A DNA stretch of 61,298 nucleotides, the filler included, from Chiloscyllium plagiosum (taxonomy: Eukaryota): the NCBI RefSeq assembly GCF_004010195.1. It is 4 parts of one record of this genome, joined end to end, with 100 filler letters (N's around TTAATTAATTAA, not from the genome) between each part and the next. Parts side by side here need not be neighbours in the genome. Positions count along the whole stretch, not along the records: positions 15,115 to 42,969 come from NC_057713.1; 3 more parts are not named here. One strand, written 5' to 3'. The notes under the pieces were generated by a model. It was not told the DNA's origin, made no database searches, and worked only from the letters and a program-made list of their open reading frames with translations. Position numbers and translations under genes: made by a program. Shown one piece after another: positions 24,478 to 36,260 of this stretch; position 1 is the stretch's first letter; each line of letters opens with the position of its first letter.

Positions 24478-27400
24478 AGTCATAGAGTCACAGAGGCATA
24501 CAGCATGGAAACAGACCCTTTAGTCCAACCCGTCCATGCCAACAAGATATCCCAACCCAATCTAGTTCCACCTGCTAGCACCTGGCCCATATCCCACCAA
24601 ACACTTCCTATTCATATACCCATCCAAATGTCTTTTAAATGTTGCAATTGTACCAGCCTCCACCACTTCCTCTGGCATCTCATTCCATACACATACCACC
24701 TTCCGTATGAAAATGTTGCCCCTTCGGTCTCTTATATTTTTCCGCTCTCATCCTAAAACTATGCCCTCTAGTTCTGGATTCATCCACCCCAGGGAAAAGG
24801 TTTTGTCTATTTATCCTCTCCATGCCCTTCATAATTTTGTAAACCTCTGGAAGATCACTCCTCAGCCTCCGACGCTCCAGGGAAAACAGCCCAGACTATT
24901 TAGCCTCTCCCTATAGCTCAAATCCTCCAACATTGGCAACATCCTTGTAAATCTTTTCTGAATCCTGTCAAGTTGCACAACATCTTTCCGACAGAAAGGA
25001 GACCAGAATTGCATGCAATATTCCAACAGTGGTCTAACCAATGTCCTGTACAGCAGCAACATGACCTCCCAACTCCTGTACTCAATACTCTGACCAATAA
25101 GTCTCATGTCTGTCATTAGATTAGATTACATTACATTACAGTGTGGAAACAGGCCCTTCGGCCCAACAAGTCCACACCGACCCGCCGAAGCGCAACCCAC
25201 CCATGCCCCTACATTTACCCCTTACCTAACACTATGGGCAATTTAGCATGGCCAATTCACCTGACCTGCACATCTTTGGACTGTGGGAGGAAACCGGAGC
25301 ACCCGGAGGAAACCCACGCAGACACAGAGAGAACGTGCAAACTCCACACAGTCAGTCGCCTGAGGCGGGAATTAAACCCGGGTCACAGGAGCTGTGAGGC
25401 AACAGTGCTAACCACTGTGCCGCCCACTTTTTATTAGATTACTTACAGTGTGGAAACATTACCATTACCATTAAGTGTATAAGTCCTGCTAAGATTTGCT
25501 TTTGCAAAATGCAGCACCTCATATTTATCTGAATTAAACTCCATCTGCCACTCCTCAGCCCATTGGCCTATCTGAACAAGATACCATTGTAATCTGAGGT
25601 AACTTTCTTTGCTATCCACTACATCTCCAATTTTATTGTCATCTGAAAGCTTACTAACTATACCTCTTATGCTCACATCCAAATCATTTATATAAATGAT
25701 GAAAAATAGTGGACGCAGCACAGATCCTTGTGGCAATCCACTGGTCACAGGCCTTCAGTCTGAAAAACAACCCTCCACCATCACTCTCTGTCTTCTATCT
25801 TTGAGCCAGTTCTTTATCCAAATGGCTAGTTCTCCCTATATTCCATGAGATCTAACCTTGCTAACCAGTCTCCCATAGGGAACTTTGTCAAACGCCTGAC
25901 TGAAGTCCATATAGATCACTTCTACCACTCTGCCCTCACCAATCCTCTTTGTTACTTCTTCAAAAAAACTCAGTCAAGTTTGTGAGACATGATTTTCTAC
26001 ACATAAAGCCATGCTGACTACCCCTAATCAGTCCGTGCATTTCCAAATACATTTACATCCTGTCCTTCAGGATTCCCTCCAACAACTTGCCCACCACTGA
26101 CGTCAGGCTCTCTGGTCTATAGTTCCCTGGCTTGTTCTTACCATCCTTCTTAAACAGTGGCACCACGTCAGCCAACCTCCAGTCTTCCGGCACCTCACCT
26201 GTGACTATCAATGATACAAATATCTCAGTAATATGCGCAGCAATCACTTCCCTAGCTTCCCACTGAGTTCCAGGGTACACATGATCAGGTCCTAGGGATT
26301 CATTCACTTTTATGCATTTTATCAAGACATCCAGCGCTTCCTCCTCTGTAATATGGACATTTTACAAGATGTCACCATCTATTTCCCTACATTCTATATC
26401 TTCCATGTCCTTTTCCACAGTAAATACGGATGCAAAATACTCATTTAGTATCTCCCCCATTTTCTGCTGCTCCACACAAAGGCCGCCTTTCTGATTTTTG
26501 AAAGGCCCTATTCTCTCCCTAGTTACCTTTTTGTCCTTAATGTATTTGTAAAAACCTTTTGGATTCTCCTTAATTCTATTTGCCAAAGCTATCTTATGTC
26601 CCTTTTTTGCCATCGTGATTTCCCTCTTAAGTATACTCCTACTGCTTTTATACTCTTCTAAGGATTCACTTGATCTATCCTATCCTAAGAGGAATACGTT
26701 TTCTCTGGACTCTCATTATCTCATTTCTAAAGGCTTCCCATTTTTCAATCGTTTCTTCACCTGCGAACATATGCCTCCAGGCAGATTTTGAAAGTTCTTT
26801 GCGAATACCGTCAAAATTGGCCTTCCTCCAATTTAGAACTTCAACTTTTAGATCCAGTCTATCCTTTTCAATCACTATTTTAAATCTAATAGAATTATGG
26901 TTATTGTTCACAAAGTGCTCCCCCACTGACATCTCAGTCACCTGCCTTGCCTTATTTCCCAAGAGTAGGTCAAGTTTCACACCTTCTCTAGTAGGTCCAT
27001 CCACATACTAAAATCAGAAAATTTTCTTGTACACACTTAACAAATTCCTCTCCATCTAAACCCTTCGACTGGGACTGCCATTGTGTTATGTTTGGAAAGT
27101 TAAAATCCCCTATCATGACCACTCTATTATTCTTACAGATAGCTGAGTTCTCCTTACAAATTTGTTTCTCAATTTCCCTCTGACTATTAGGGGGTCTATA
27201 ATGCAATCCTAATGAGGTTATCAGCCTTTTCTTATTTCTCAGTTCCACCCAAATAACTTACCTGGATGTATTTCCGGGAATATCCTCCCTTAGTACAGCT
27301 ATAATACTATCCCTTATCAAAAATGCCACTCCTCCTCTCTTGTCTCCCTTTCTATCCTTCCTGTATCATTTGTATCTCGGAACATTAAGCTGCCAGTCCT

Positions 27401-27745
27401 ATCCATCTCTGAGCCATGTTTCTATAATTGCTATGATATCCTTATCCCATGTTCCGAACCATGCCCTGAGTTCATCTGCCTTCCCTGTTGGGCCCTTTGC
27501 ATTGAAATAATTGCAGTTTAATTAATCACGCCTACCTTGCTCTCTGCTTTGTCCCTGCCTGCCCTGACTGTTTGACTCATTTCTGTTCTCAATTGTACCA
27601 GTCTCAGATTGATGTCTTTCCTCCCTATATCCCCTGAGAATCCATCACCACTTACATTTTCCAAAACAGCATACTGGTTTGAAATGGAGATTTCCACAGA
27701 AGACTCCTGCACTAACTGCCTACCTCTCTTACCTTTCCTGGAGTT
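24478..27745 (-). mobile_element. Long CR1 LINE (endonuclease and RT remnants) inserted in gag
   Basis: HYRPPNS, GDFNFP, VPEDWRLADVVPLFKK, SGLPQGSVLRPLFF, LVRPLLEYC; ACTCTATGAC-type tail on the minus strand. Confidence 0.9.
25117..25430 (-). mobile_element. HE1-type SINE
   Basis: Near-identical reverse complement of 12249-12575. Confidence 0.9.
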
Positions 27746-28239
27746 ATGGCTTGGGCTATGGAACCCATGGTCCAGAGCCAGTCTGGGCTGTTCCAGATTT
27801 CTATCCATTTGAGCCACTTTTTGAAAGATATTGTCTGAGACTGTTCTCCCATGTAGGATGAAGGGACACTTGTCCCAATTTGTTAGCAGGCATATTATTG
27901 CTGGGTCCTTTACTGGATTATTTTTATGTTTTTAATTTGTGGGAAGTGGCTGTGCTGGGGTAAAGCTTCAAATAAATTTTCATTGCAGCCTAAGTCTTAG
28001 ACATGTAGAATTAGAGCACTATGACCCCTTCTAACACTACCCAGAGATAGGTCTTTTACCCTGCTCGTAGTCTAACTGCAGAGTTGTCCATATCTATCCC
28101 TGGGTCCTTGATACAATATCTGTTGCTTGTTCCAGGTACTCTTTAAAACACCTAGCAGTCATTTCGATCAGGTAGTGGAGTATAAAGGGGTAGCAACAGC
28201 TGCCAATATATTCCTTTTAAACAGAAAACTAAATAGTGA

Positions 28240-28735
28240 CTTGTGTAAAGATTTGTAGCTCAGTTTGAGGTTCTGGATGTAGGTTTGCTCACTGAGCTAG
28301 AAGGTTCATTTTCAGACATTTCGTCACCATACTAAGTAACATCATCAGCAAGTCTCCCGATGAACCACTGGTAGTATGGCCCACTTTCTATTTATATGTT
28401 GAGGTTTCCTTAAGTTGGTGATGTCATTTCCTATGGTGATGTCATTTTCTGTTCTTTTTCTCAAGGTTGGTAAATGGGATCCACGTCAATGTTTTTATTC
28501 CAACCGGAATTCTATCAACATTAACTTGGATCCCATTTATCACCCCCCAAGAAAAAGAACAGGAAATGACATCATTGGAAATGATGTCACCACAGGCAAT
28601 GACATTACTAACTCAAGGAAACCTAAAAACATAAATAGAAAGTGGGCCACACCACCGGTGCTTCACCCGGAGGCTCGCTGATGAGGCTAGTATGGTGACA
28701 AAATGTTTGAATACTAACCTTGCAGCTCAGCAAGT
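28240..28735. mobile_element. Penelope relic with inverted termini bearing degenerate HHR motifs
   Basis: NRNSININLDPIYHP (Penelope C-terminus); minus-strand CTGATGATGTTACTTAGTATGGTGACGAAATGTC at about 28315-28348 and its eroded inverse at about 28678-28710. Confidence 0.7.
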
Positions 28736-28919
28736 AAAATAAGGTTTCCTTGACTCTTTGGAACTAAAAGGTCCCTCAACTATAAACCTAAAATAAAGTT
28801 CCTTCGACTTTGAAAATAAAGAATGACTTTTCCTTCACTCTGTCTTCATCAAAAGTACTCTGAGTAGGGACAACAAGGGGTCAAAATACAAAGTAAACTT
28901 TCCTGTAGTCATTTGAAAA

Positions 28920-29157
28920 CAAAGAATGCTAAAAATCAAATCTATCATGGTGTTCAAACAGATGAAAGACTCAACAAACAATCCAGGTATTTTGCAGTGT
29001 ATAATTTCAGTTACATCACACTGTAAACTTTTGCTATAAATTCTGTGCCTTACAATTGTGTCCTCCACAACCACCTGATGAAGGAGCGGCGCTCCGAAAG
29101 CTAGTGCTTCCAATTAAACCTTTTGGACTATAACCTGGTGTTGTCTGATTTTTAACA
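28920..29157 (+). mobile_element. Penelope 3' terminal repeat
   Basis: Ends with the same sequence as the arms of 16030-16258. Confidence 0.75.
29072..29106 (+). ncRNA. Intact minimal hammerhead ribozyme motif (third family)
   Basis: CAC-CTGATGA-A-GGAGC-GGC-GCTCC-GAAA-GCTA-GTG: stem I CAC/GTG, 5-bp stem II, palindromic AGCT stem III, CUA triplet. Confidence 0.78.
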
Positions 29158-31164
29158 ATCAGTCAGAGCTTTAAGCAAAATTCAGTCAAGTGCATTATTC
29201 AAGCTCAGTTGTACAAGTGGTCAGCCATGTCATTCAGGCACTTGCTGCAACTAAGGTCTGTGGATCCATGTCCTTTCAGTTTGGGGATTGGCTGCAGTCT
29301 TCCCTGGGGTTTTTGGCAGTAAATGTCAAGGGGTATTCCATGCAGAGTAGTATAATGAGAGAAACTCCTGCCAGGGGGTAGGTTGCATAATGCTGTCTTG
29401 CTGAGGGCTTAATTATAGTGAAGGGACCAACTCCAGATGTAGGGGTACGATCTAATCCAGAGGCTTTTGTGATGCCAAGATAATGTCTCTACTCCTGAGC
29501 CAGGAGACCAGGGTTTAAATCTTATCTGCTCCAGAGATGATGAAATTTTGAACATGTTTGTATGGTAAATATCTGAGAAGTCACAGGGTACTGCTGGAGG
29601 TGTGTGTGTGTTGGGGGTGGGGGGGGGAGTGGAGAGGGGGTGACTTTGCAAGTCACCACTGCCCTGGCTTCAATAGGTGGACAAATCTCAACAGCGCAAT
29701 AAGGTAGAAATTTGGCTGTCAACATATTAGCAGAGTCTGGTTTATTTTTGGTGTACAGGAGCAGTGTGTATGTCTGAGCAATAAGGCTGACTGTGGACAG
29801 TAGATGAGCAGGTGGTAATTTCCCACCTTTGAACAAATGTGCACTCCCTTGCTAAACACAAAGGTGGAATGAAACTTTGCCTTCAGAGAAGTGTGCACTC
29901 ATCAATGATCATGCAGTCACGCACAGGAGGTGGCCATCATTTTGGAACACTAGAATAGGCAAGGCCCTTTTTCAAGGCATGTAGCTTTAGCTTCAGCTAA
30001 TTACCTTTTGCGTCAGTGATCTTCTCATTAAACCATCAAGTCTTGGCTGTCTTCATGAATGTAAAGATCAAAGATTTCCCTAAAACCTGCTGTTATGCAG
30101 GATGCTTCTCATGGATGACCAATGCCCCTTAACATAACTTCTTGGTATGTCTGAAGAGGTGGCATAACACCGACAAGGTAGCCACATATTGTTAAAATGA
30201 CAGTTGATCAGTTGAGTGAAAATGCATATATATTTAGAAATATGAAAGTACATTTATAATGATGTCACCCATCATACCTCTGCAGTCTTGGAGTAATTTT
30301 TTTATATTTTCCCTCCCATTATTTCTCAGGTTATTCCCAAAGCCTACTGGAATGGAGGTAGTCTGCTCTGTAATGCAACATGGTGGCCTGGAAGATTTGG
30401 GGGACAATCCCCAGGACATTTGTATCTACAGGGCCCGGGCATGCTGAGGGTATACTACCCAGATACTCCTCAGCTGCAATGTCTATACAGTTGTGGATCA
30501 CAGGCAGGGTGGAGGTGGAGGTGGAGGAATCTGGAAACTTTGGAGTGTCTTGGAAGGAAATTTCTGCAGGGCCTGACTATGATTCCTCTTCTATGTGAAT
30601 TCTTGCTGGCACCACCCTGCCTCCTTGAGAGGAAAGGGAACGTGAAATGGCATCGAGGTCCCTCATCCCTCTCTTGTAACTCATGTTGAGCAACAATACC
30701 ATGCAGCTCTGCTGAGCTTTCTGCTGGTTCTGATTTAGCAAGGTGGCCACCAACTTTTTTTCCAACCCAAAAGATATTTGTTGACCATTACTCTCTGTTT
30801 CCTAATACTCAGCCAATTTTATGCCTGTGTTGCTATTGTTCCTTTTGTTCCACAAGTTATATTTTTTCTTCCAAGCGAAATCTTGGCCCTTTCTGATTTG
30901 TTATGAGACCATTTTTCTTCATTGAAACAAAGGAGAGATGAAAATGAGTGGAAGAACTGCTAGTGGTGGTACAGGAGTAGCGAAGGTGTTGTAACTTAGT
31001 TCAGAGGGCAGAAAGTATTAGTGGTTTAGAAATTAAAATTGGATGACAATAATTCAGTGCAAATGCTGCATGCATTAATGAGAGTTGTAGATCATTAGCT
31101 TTGGTGATGTTAGTGTGCAGTAACAGATTTAGAGTGAGTGTGAGCAAAGAAAGAGACAATGGCA

Positions 31165-31330
31165 ATTACCTTTGCGGAATTCAGAAAATCATTCTTCTGC
31201 CAGCACTACTGGCATTTCTTTTGGTTCATGAAATGTCATTAACCCAGGGCACTATCCTTGTCTAGGATGGTTGTGTTTAATGCTTTTGCCACCTTTGATG
31301 ATCCACAAGAAAGAGAATGACCTTTCTTTC
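31165..31330 (-). pseudogene. Possible Harbinger Myb/SANT-like ORF relic
   Basis: Minus-strand decayed translation LDAVIERKVILF...WVNDIS*TKRNA...RRM followed by a GTAATT donor-like site; resembles Harbinger Myb-like proteins. Confidence 0.35.
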
Positions 31331-31669
31331 TATCACTGCATCCAGGTCCAATCCTCCAAGCCAGGTTGCCAACATCATTCATGTTTTGACATCACATTGG
31401 TGAAGCAGAAAAGTATAAAGGGCAGATCCTGGATTGCAGTGTTTGAAGAAATGCACAGCTGGGTTTAAAAATGGTACCAGTGATGTGACTGACACATTAG
31501 TTCCATTAGTGGTGAGATATCCCATCTCTGCTGCCACATGCTTGCATAAGAAGGACACCATAGAGCCTGAAAGTATAATTCATGAGGGGAGCAGTGGAAG
31601 GTTGTGTGAGAAAGTTGTCAAGGAGCATGGTGGGGAAAAACTCCTTGAAACTTCTTAGCCAAAACATGG

Positions 31670-31950
31670 GAAGATTCAGCCTTCTACATTTTTACTTCAT
31701 CAATGTGAAAAGCATATTATCAAATGTATCAGTCCATGTCTTTGGAATTCCTTGCCACAGCTATGGGAGCAAAGATTTTGTGTATATTTAAGAGTGAGAT
31801 AAACAGATTCTTGATCATTAGAGGAATCAAGAATTATGAGGAAAGGGCAAGAAAGTGGACATGAGAACTGTCAGATCGGCCATGATCCCATTGAATTGTG
31901 GCGCAAGTTTGAGGGGCCAAACTCCCTACTCCTGGTCATATTTCTTATAA
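31670..31950 (+). mobile_element. Old CR1 3' tail
   Basis: TGGAATTCCTTGCCACAG...GGCCATGATCCCATTGAAT...TTTCTTAT. Confidence 0.6.
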
Positions 31951-32884
31951 TCTTGTATCTGTGTGTGTTATTAAAATGAGGTCCTATTGAACTTCCCAGT
32001 AGTTGGTTCAAAAGAATAATTGAAACTGCACAAATGCAGGGAGTTTATACATTGATAAGACATACTGATGAAGTGCCATAATCTCTATTGTATACAAAAG
32101 ACCTTGATTTGAGTTAATTAGTTTTCTTACTAATTATACTTCATTGTGCTTTGAACCTTGGCATGTTTTTCAAAAGCATAAAAGATGTTGTTAATGTAGG
32201 TACAAATTGTATAGTATAGCAAGAGAAGCAGTAAATAACAATTAATCAATATTTTGTAAAATACATTAGTTATTACTCCTTCGACAACACCTTTCAAACT
32301 TCCAAACTCAGCCCAAAAGAGCGAGGATACAGACACATGGGAACATCATCACTTGCATGTCATGTACTGACTTACGATTATATCCTGGTTTCTTCACTGT
32401 CATTCTGTCAAAATCCTCAAACTTTATTCCTAACAGAAGATTTATCTACACCAGAGCAGCAATCTTCAAATGTTGCCCACTACCACCTTGTCAAGGCAGC
32501 AAGGCATGGACAACAAAATCTGACCTTTCCTAGGAAAGCATATTTAAAAAAAAACACATTTAACACTGGAGAACACTATAAAATAAGTTCACTCAATGAT
32601 ATACACAGATTCCAACTCAGCTACAAATGACTATAATCCCTTCATTTTTGCAGTTTCAGGTATTTTGGATATCCATCTGACATTGGAAGGTAGAGACCAG
32701 GAAATGCTGAAATACCTAACATGTCAGGCAACATCAGTCGAGAAAGAAACAGATCTTAATGTTTTAAATCATTGAAAGGCTGATGTAATTTTGTTTCTTA
32801 CCACTAACAATGCCACCCCTGAGCATTTCCATCATTTCTGTTTTTTTTTTAATTTCAGATCTCCAATATCTGATTTTGTGACAT

Positions 32885-34658
32885 GAGCCCAGATTTTCAT
32901 TGTGAAGACAGGATTCACAAGTCAGGACATTTTCTGATAATGCTGTCAAACTCCGTTCTCAGCATGCCTGCCCATGTTATTTCATAGTGAGATAGAGCAG
33001 ATAGACTGGAGTTAAGGCCGCTGTCTCTGGAAGTAAACCCTAAATAGTCCTGAGTTATGCATGTTAGAAGAATCCTTTCATTCACTGGGATATCAACCAA
33101 ATTCCATAAATTAGTGTTTCAGCGTTCTAGTCTTAACCCTCACTTCCCTCCTCATATGCGTTCCCACCACTGTTGTGCTCCTTAATACCTCCCTACATCC
33201 ATCTATCCTCCATGTCCCCTTCACAGCCACTACATGCAGAACTCATGAGTTCTATGATAACACGTGGAAGTTTTTGAAATGGTCATGAAGTGATTAAATT
33301 TAAATTTAACTTTAAATAAATACCATTGCTTGGAGCTGATAAGCCTGTACCTCAAACAAAGGCACTCAGACTTGCCTCAGCGAAAATAAAAAAATCTTCC
33401 TTTTTAATTCTTCATAAATCTGTTGAAGTAAACAGCCATTCAAAAGCTTTCTCAAATATTTCAGTTCTATTGTTTGCTCATAAAATTGTCAATCAGACAA
33501 ATCTCATTTTCTCTTTGGCAAATCCTCCTCAGCTAAATCCACTGGTGGGACCTGGAGATCAACCATGCAACCTTAATCACATTCCGTTGCATAATTCAAT
33601 ATGCAACATTTCCAATTCAATTCAGTGGTACTTTGAAGTTGCTTGAATAGATGACACCCATTTGTTTTTCCTCAATGGCTCAAAGCATGACCTTTTGGGT
33701 ATATAGGTTTTTAGATTAGATTATGTTCTCTATAGTGTGGAAACAGGCCATTTGGCCCAACAAGTCCACACCAACCCTCTGAAGAGTAACCCACCCAGAC
33801 CTATTTCCTTCTGACTAATACACCTAATACTATGGGCAATTTAGGATGGCTAATCCACCTTACCTGCACATTTTTGGATTGTGGGAGGAAACTGAAGCAC
33901 CCAGAGGAAACCCACGCAGACATGGGGAGAATGTGCAAATTCCAAACATACAGTCACCAGAGTCTGGAATTGAACTCGGGTCCCTGAAGCTGTGAGGCTG
34001 CAATGCTAACCATTGAGCCACCGTGTCCCCTAATAAATAAATAATCAATAATTAGATTATAATAAATTATAAATAATAGATAATAAGCCAGGTATATAAT
34101 CAACTATTTAAAAGACTTGAACTTTAAATCAATGTAAAAATTAAAACACTGGGTCCAGATGATAGATTAATATCTTGTTCTCAATACATTTTAAATGCAA
34201 AAAAGCACTTTATCGACTGGATAAAATACTTTATTATATCTGAACATTGAATTAATGTTGTTCACTTTCAAGGTAACTTAGCTTTTAAAAAGAATCCTAT
34301 AATCAATCATTGCATTGGTAACACACAAATGTGTTATATACTTATGACATGTCAAATTCATAAGATCTTTCAAACTTACATATCAAATGGTTCCCAACTC
34401 CGAGCTCGGCTTCCCCCATGGTTCACAACTCCTTTGAAATGTCAAGAATGTCATCTCTTAACAGAATCATCCTGACTTAATGAAAATGGTTACCACTACA
34501 ATGGAATAGGTAAGGGTTGGATTGTTGCATGCAGTCTCATTATCTATACCCTTATTCTGGTCCATAAAAATCCCACTTGGCAGAATTGGGTTCCATTTGC
34601 CATTTTAAATAACCCCATCTCTATGCTGAAATAGATGGAGACATGAAAATCTGGTCCC
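32885..34658. mobile_element. Possible non-autonomous DNA transposon bounded by 16-bp imperfect TIRs
   Basis: GAGCCCAGATTTTCAT (32885-32900) versus ATGAAAATCTGGTCCC (34643-34658), 14/16 complementary; no clear TSD. Confidence 0.3.
33712..34030 (-). mobile_element. HE1-type SINE
   Basis: Homologous to 12249-12575. Confidence 0.85.
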
Positions 34659-34749
34659 TGATGTGTAAAAGTGTCAGCATTAGCCTAGTTCATAACCTGT
34701 AGCAACAGCATTCAAGTGGAATCATTTGTGAGTGTGCAGGCATGAGCAT

Positions 34750-36260
34750 GACAATATGGATAAGTGTGAAGTTGTCCACTTTGGTAGGGGAATGGGTAGC
34801 AGGGTATTTCTTGAATAATGAGAAATTGGAAAATGTAGACGTTCAAAATTGTCCTTGTAAGTAAGTCACTGAAAGTTAACATGCAGATGCAGCAACAATT
34901 TAGAAGGTAAATGACATGTTAGCCTTTATTACAAGATAATTTGAGAACATGAACAAAAAAGTTACTTTCTCTTCATGGATACTGCCTGACCTGCTGTGAT
35001 CTCCAGCACTTTTTGTTTTCAGTTCAAATACCAGCATCTGCAGTAATTTGCTCCAACAAAGTCTTGTTTCAGTTGAATTGAACATTAGTTAGACTGCACC
35101 AGCGTTGTGTGCATTTCTGGTCGTCTTGGAAGAAAATGTAGGACGTTTGATTTGTAAGTTCACAGATGACACAAAAATTCTTGGAGTTGATAGTGAGAAA
35201 GGTTGTTGAAGGATTCAGCAGGATATGGATCAGTTGGTTCGTCAAACAGAGAAATAGCAGATAGAGTTTAATCCGGATTAATATAAGGTGATGCATTTTG
35301 GGAAGTCAAATGCAAGAGGAAGATTGTAAAGATGGCATACAGCATCCTTGCTTTCCTTGGTTGGGGCAATGAGTATAAGAGTGAGCAAGTCAAGTTGCAC
35401 ACATCAGTTAGGCCATATTTGGAGTATCTCATTAAGTTCTGGTCATCACACTACTAGACAGATATGGATGCTTTAAAGAGAGTGCAAAAGAGTCTTACCA
35501 GGATGTTGCTTGGAATAGAGAGTATTAGCTTTAAGGACAGGTTAGACAAACCTGGATTGTTTTCGCTAAAGCATTGGAGGATTAGATTACTTACAGTGTG
35601 GAAACAGGCCCTTTGGCCCAACAAGTCCATACCGACCCTCCAAAGAGCAACCCACCCTCCAATATTTACCCCTTCACCTAACACTACGGGCAATTTAGCA
35701 TGGCCAATTCACCTAACCTGCACATGTTTTTGGACTGTGGAAGGAAACCGGAGCACCCAGAGGAAACCCAAGCAGATACTGGGAGAATGTGCAAACTCCA
35801 CACAGACAGTTGCCTGAGGCGGGAATTGAACCGGGTCTCTGGCACTGTGAGGCAGTAGTGCTAACCACTGTGCCACCGTGCCACCCAAATGAGGGGGTAA
35901 ACTGCTAGAAGTGTGAAAGATTATGAGAGACATGGATAGGTGGATAATCGGAGTCTTTTTCTCATGGTGGAGATGTCAAATACTAGGGGGCATAGGTTTA
36001 AAATGATAAGGGTAATGTTTAATGGAGATATGTCAGGCAATTTTTTTATACAGAGGATCTCCTGGAATGCATTGCCAGGAGACATGATAGAATCATATAC
36101 GATAGCAATGTTCAAGAGGCATTTAGTTGCATGAACAGATCGAGAATAGAGGGTTATGGACCATGTATAAGCAAATGGGATTAGCTTGAGTGGCATCATA
36201 GTTAGCACAGATATGGTGGGCTAAAGGACCTGGGTGCTGTACTGTTCTATGTTCTATGCT
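34750..36260 (+). mobile_element. CR1 LINE fragments, interrupted by a short Penelope end (about 34955-35055) and an HE1 SINE
   Basis: LKRVQKSLTRML, SNTRGHRFK, WNALPG; tail TTCTATGTTCTATG. Confidence 0.8.
35581..35885 (-). mobile_element. HE1-type SINE
   Basis: Homologous to 12249-12575. Confidence 0.88.

Larger units (their letters stand above)
18961..28230 (-). mobile_element. Fragmented, pol-deleted retrovirus-like element (gag plus env-like), split by CR1 and Penelope insertions
   Basis: Minus-strand gag-like segments about 27750-27990 and 23197-24470; CCHC knuckle 21306-21347; env-like segments 20650-20880 and 18961-19705; segments are collinear once the insertions are removed. Confidence 0.65.

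Noticed and set aside
30259..30689. Overlapping short ORFs after an acceptor-like site at about 30329
   Set aside because: No recognisable domain; probably decayed transposon sequence adjoining the Myb-like relic
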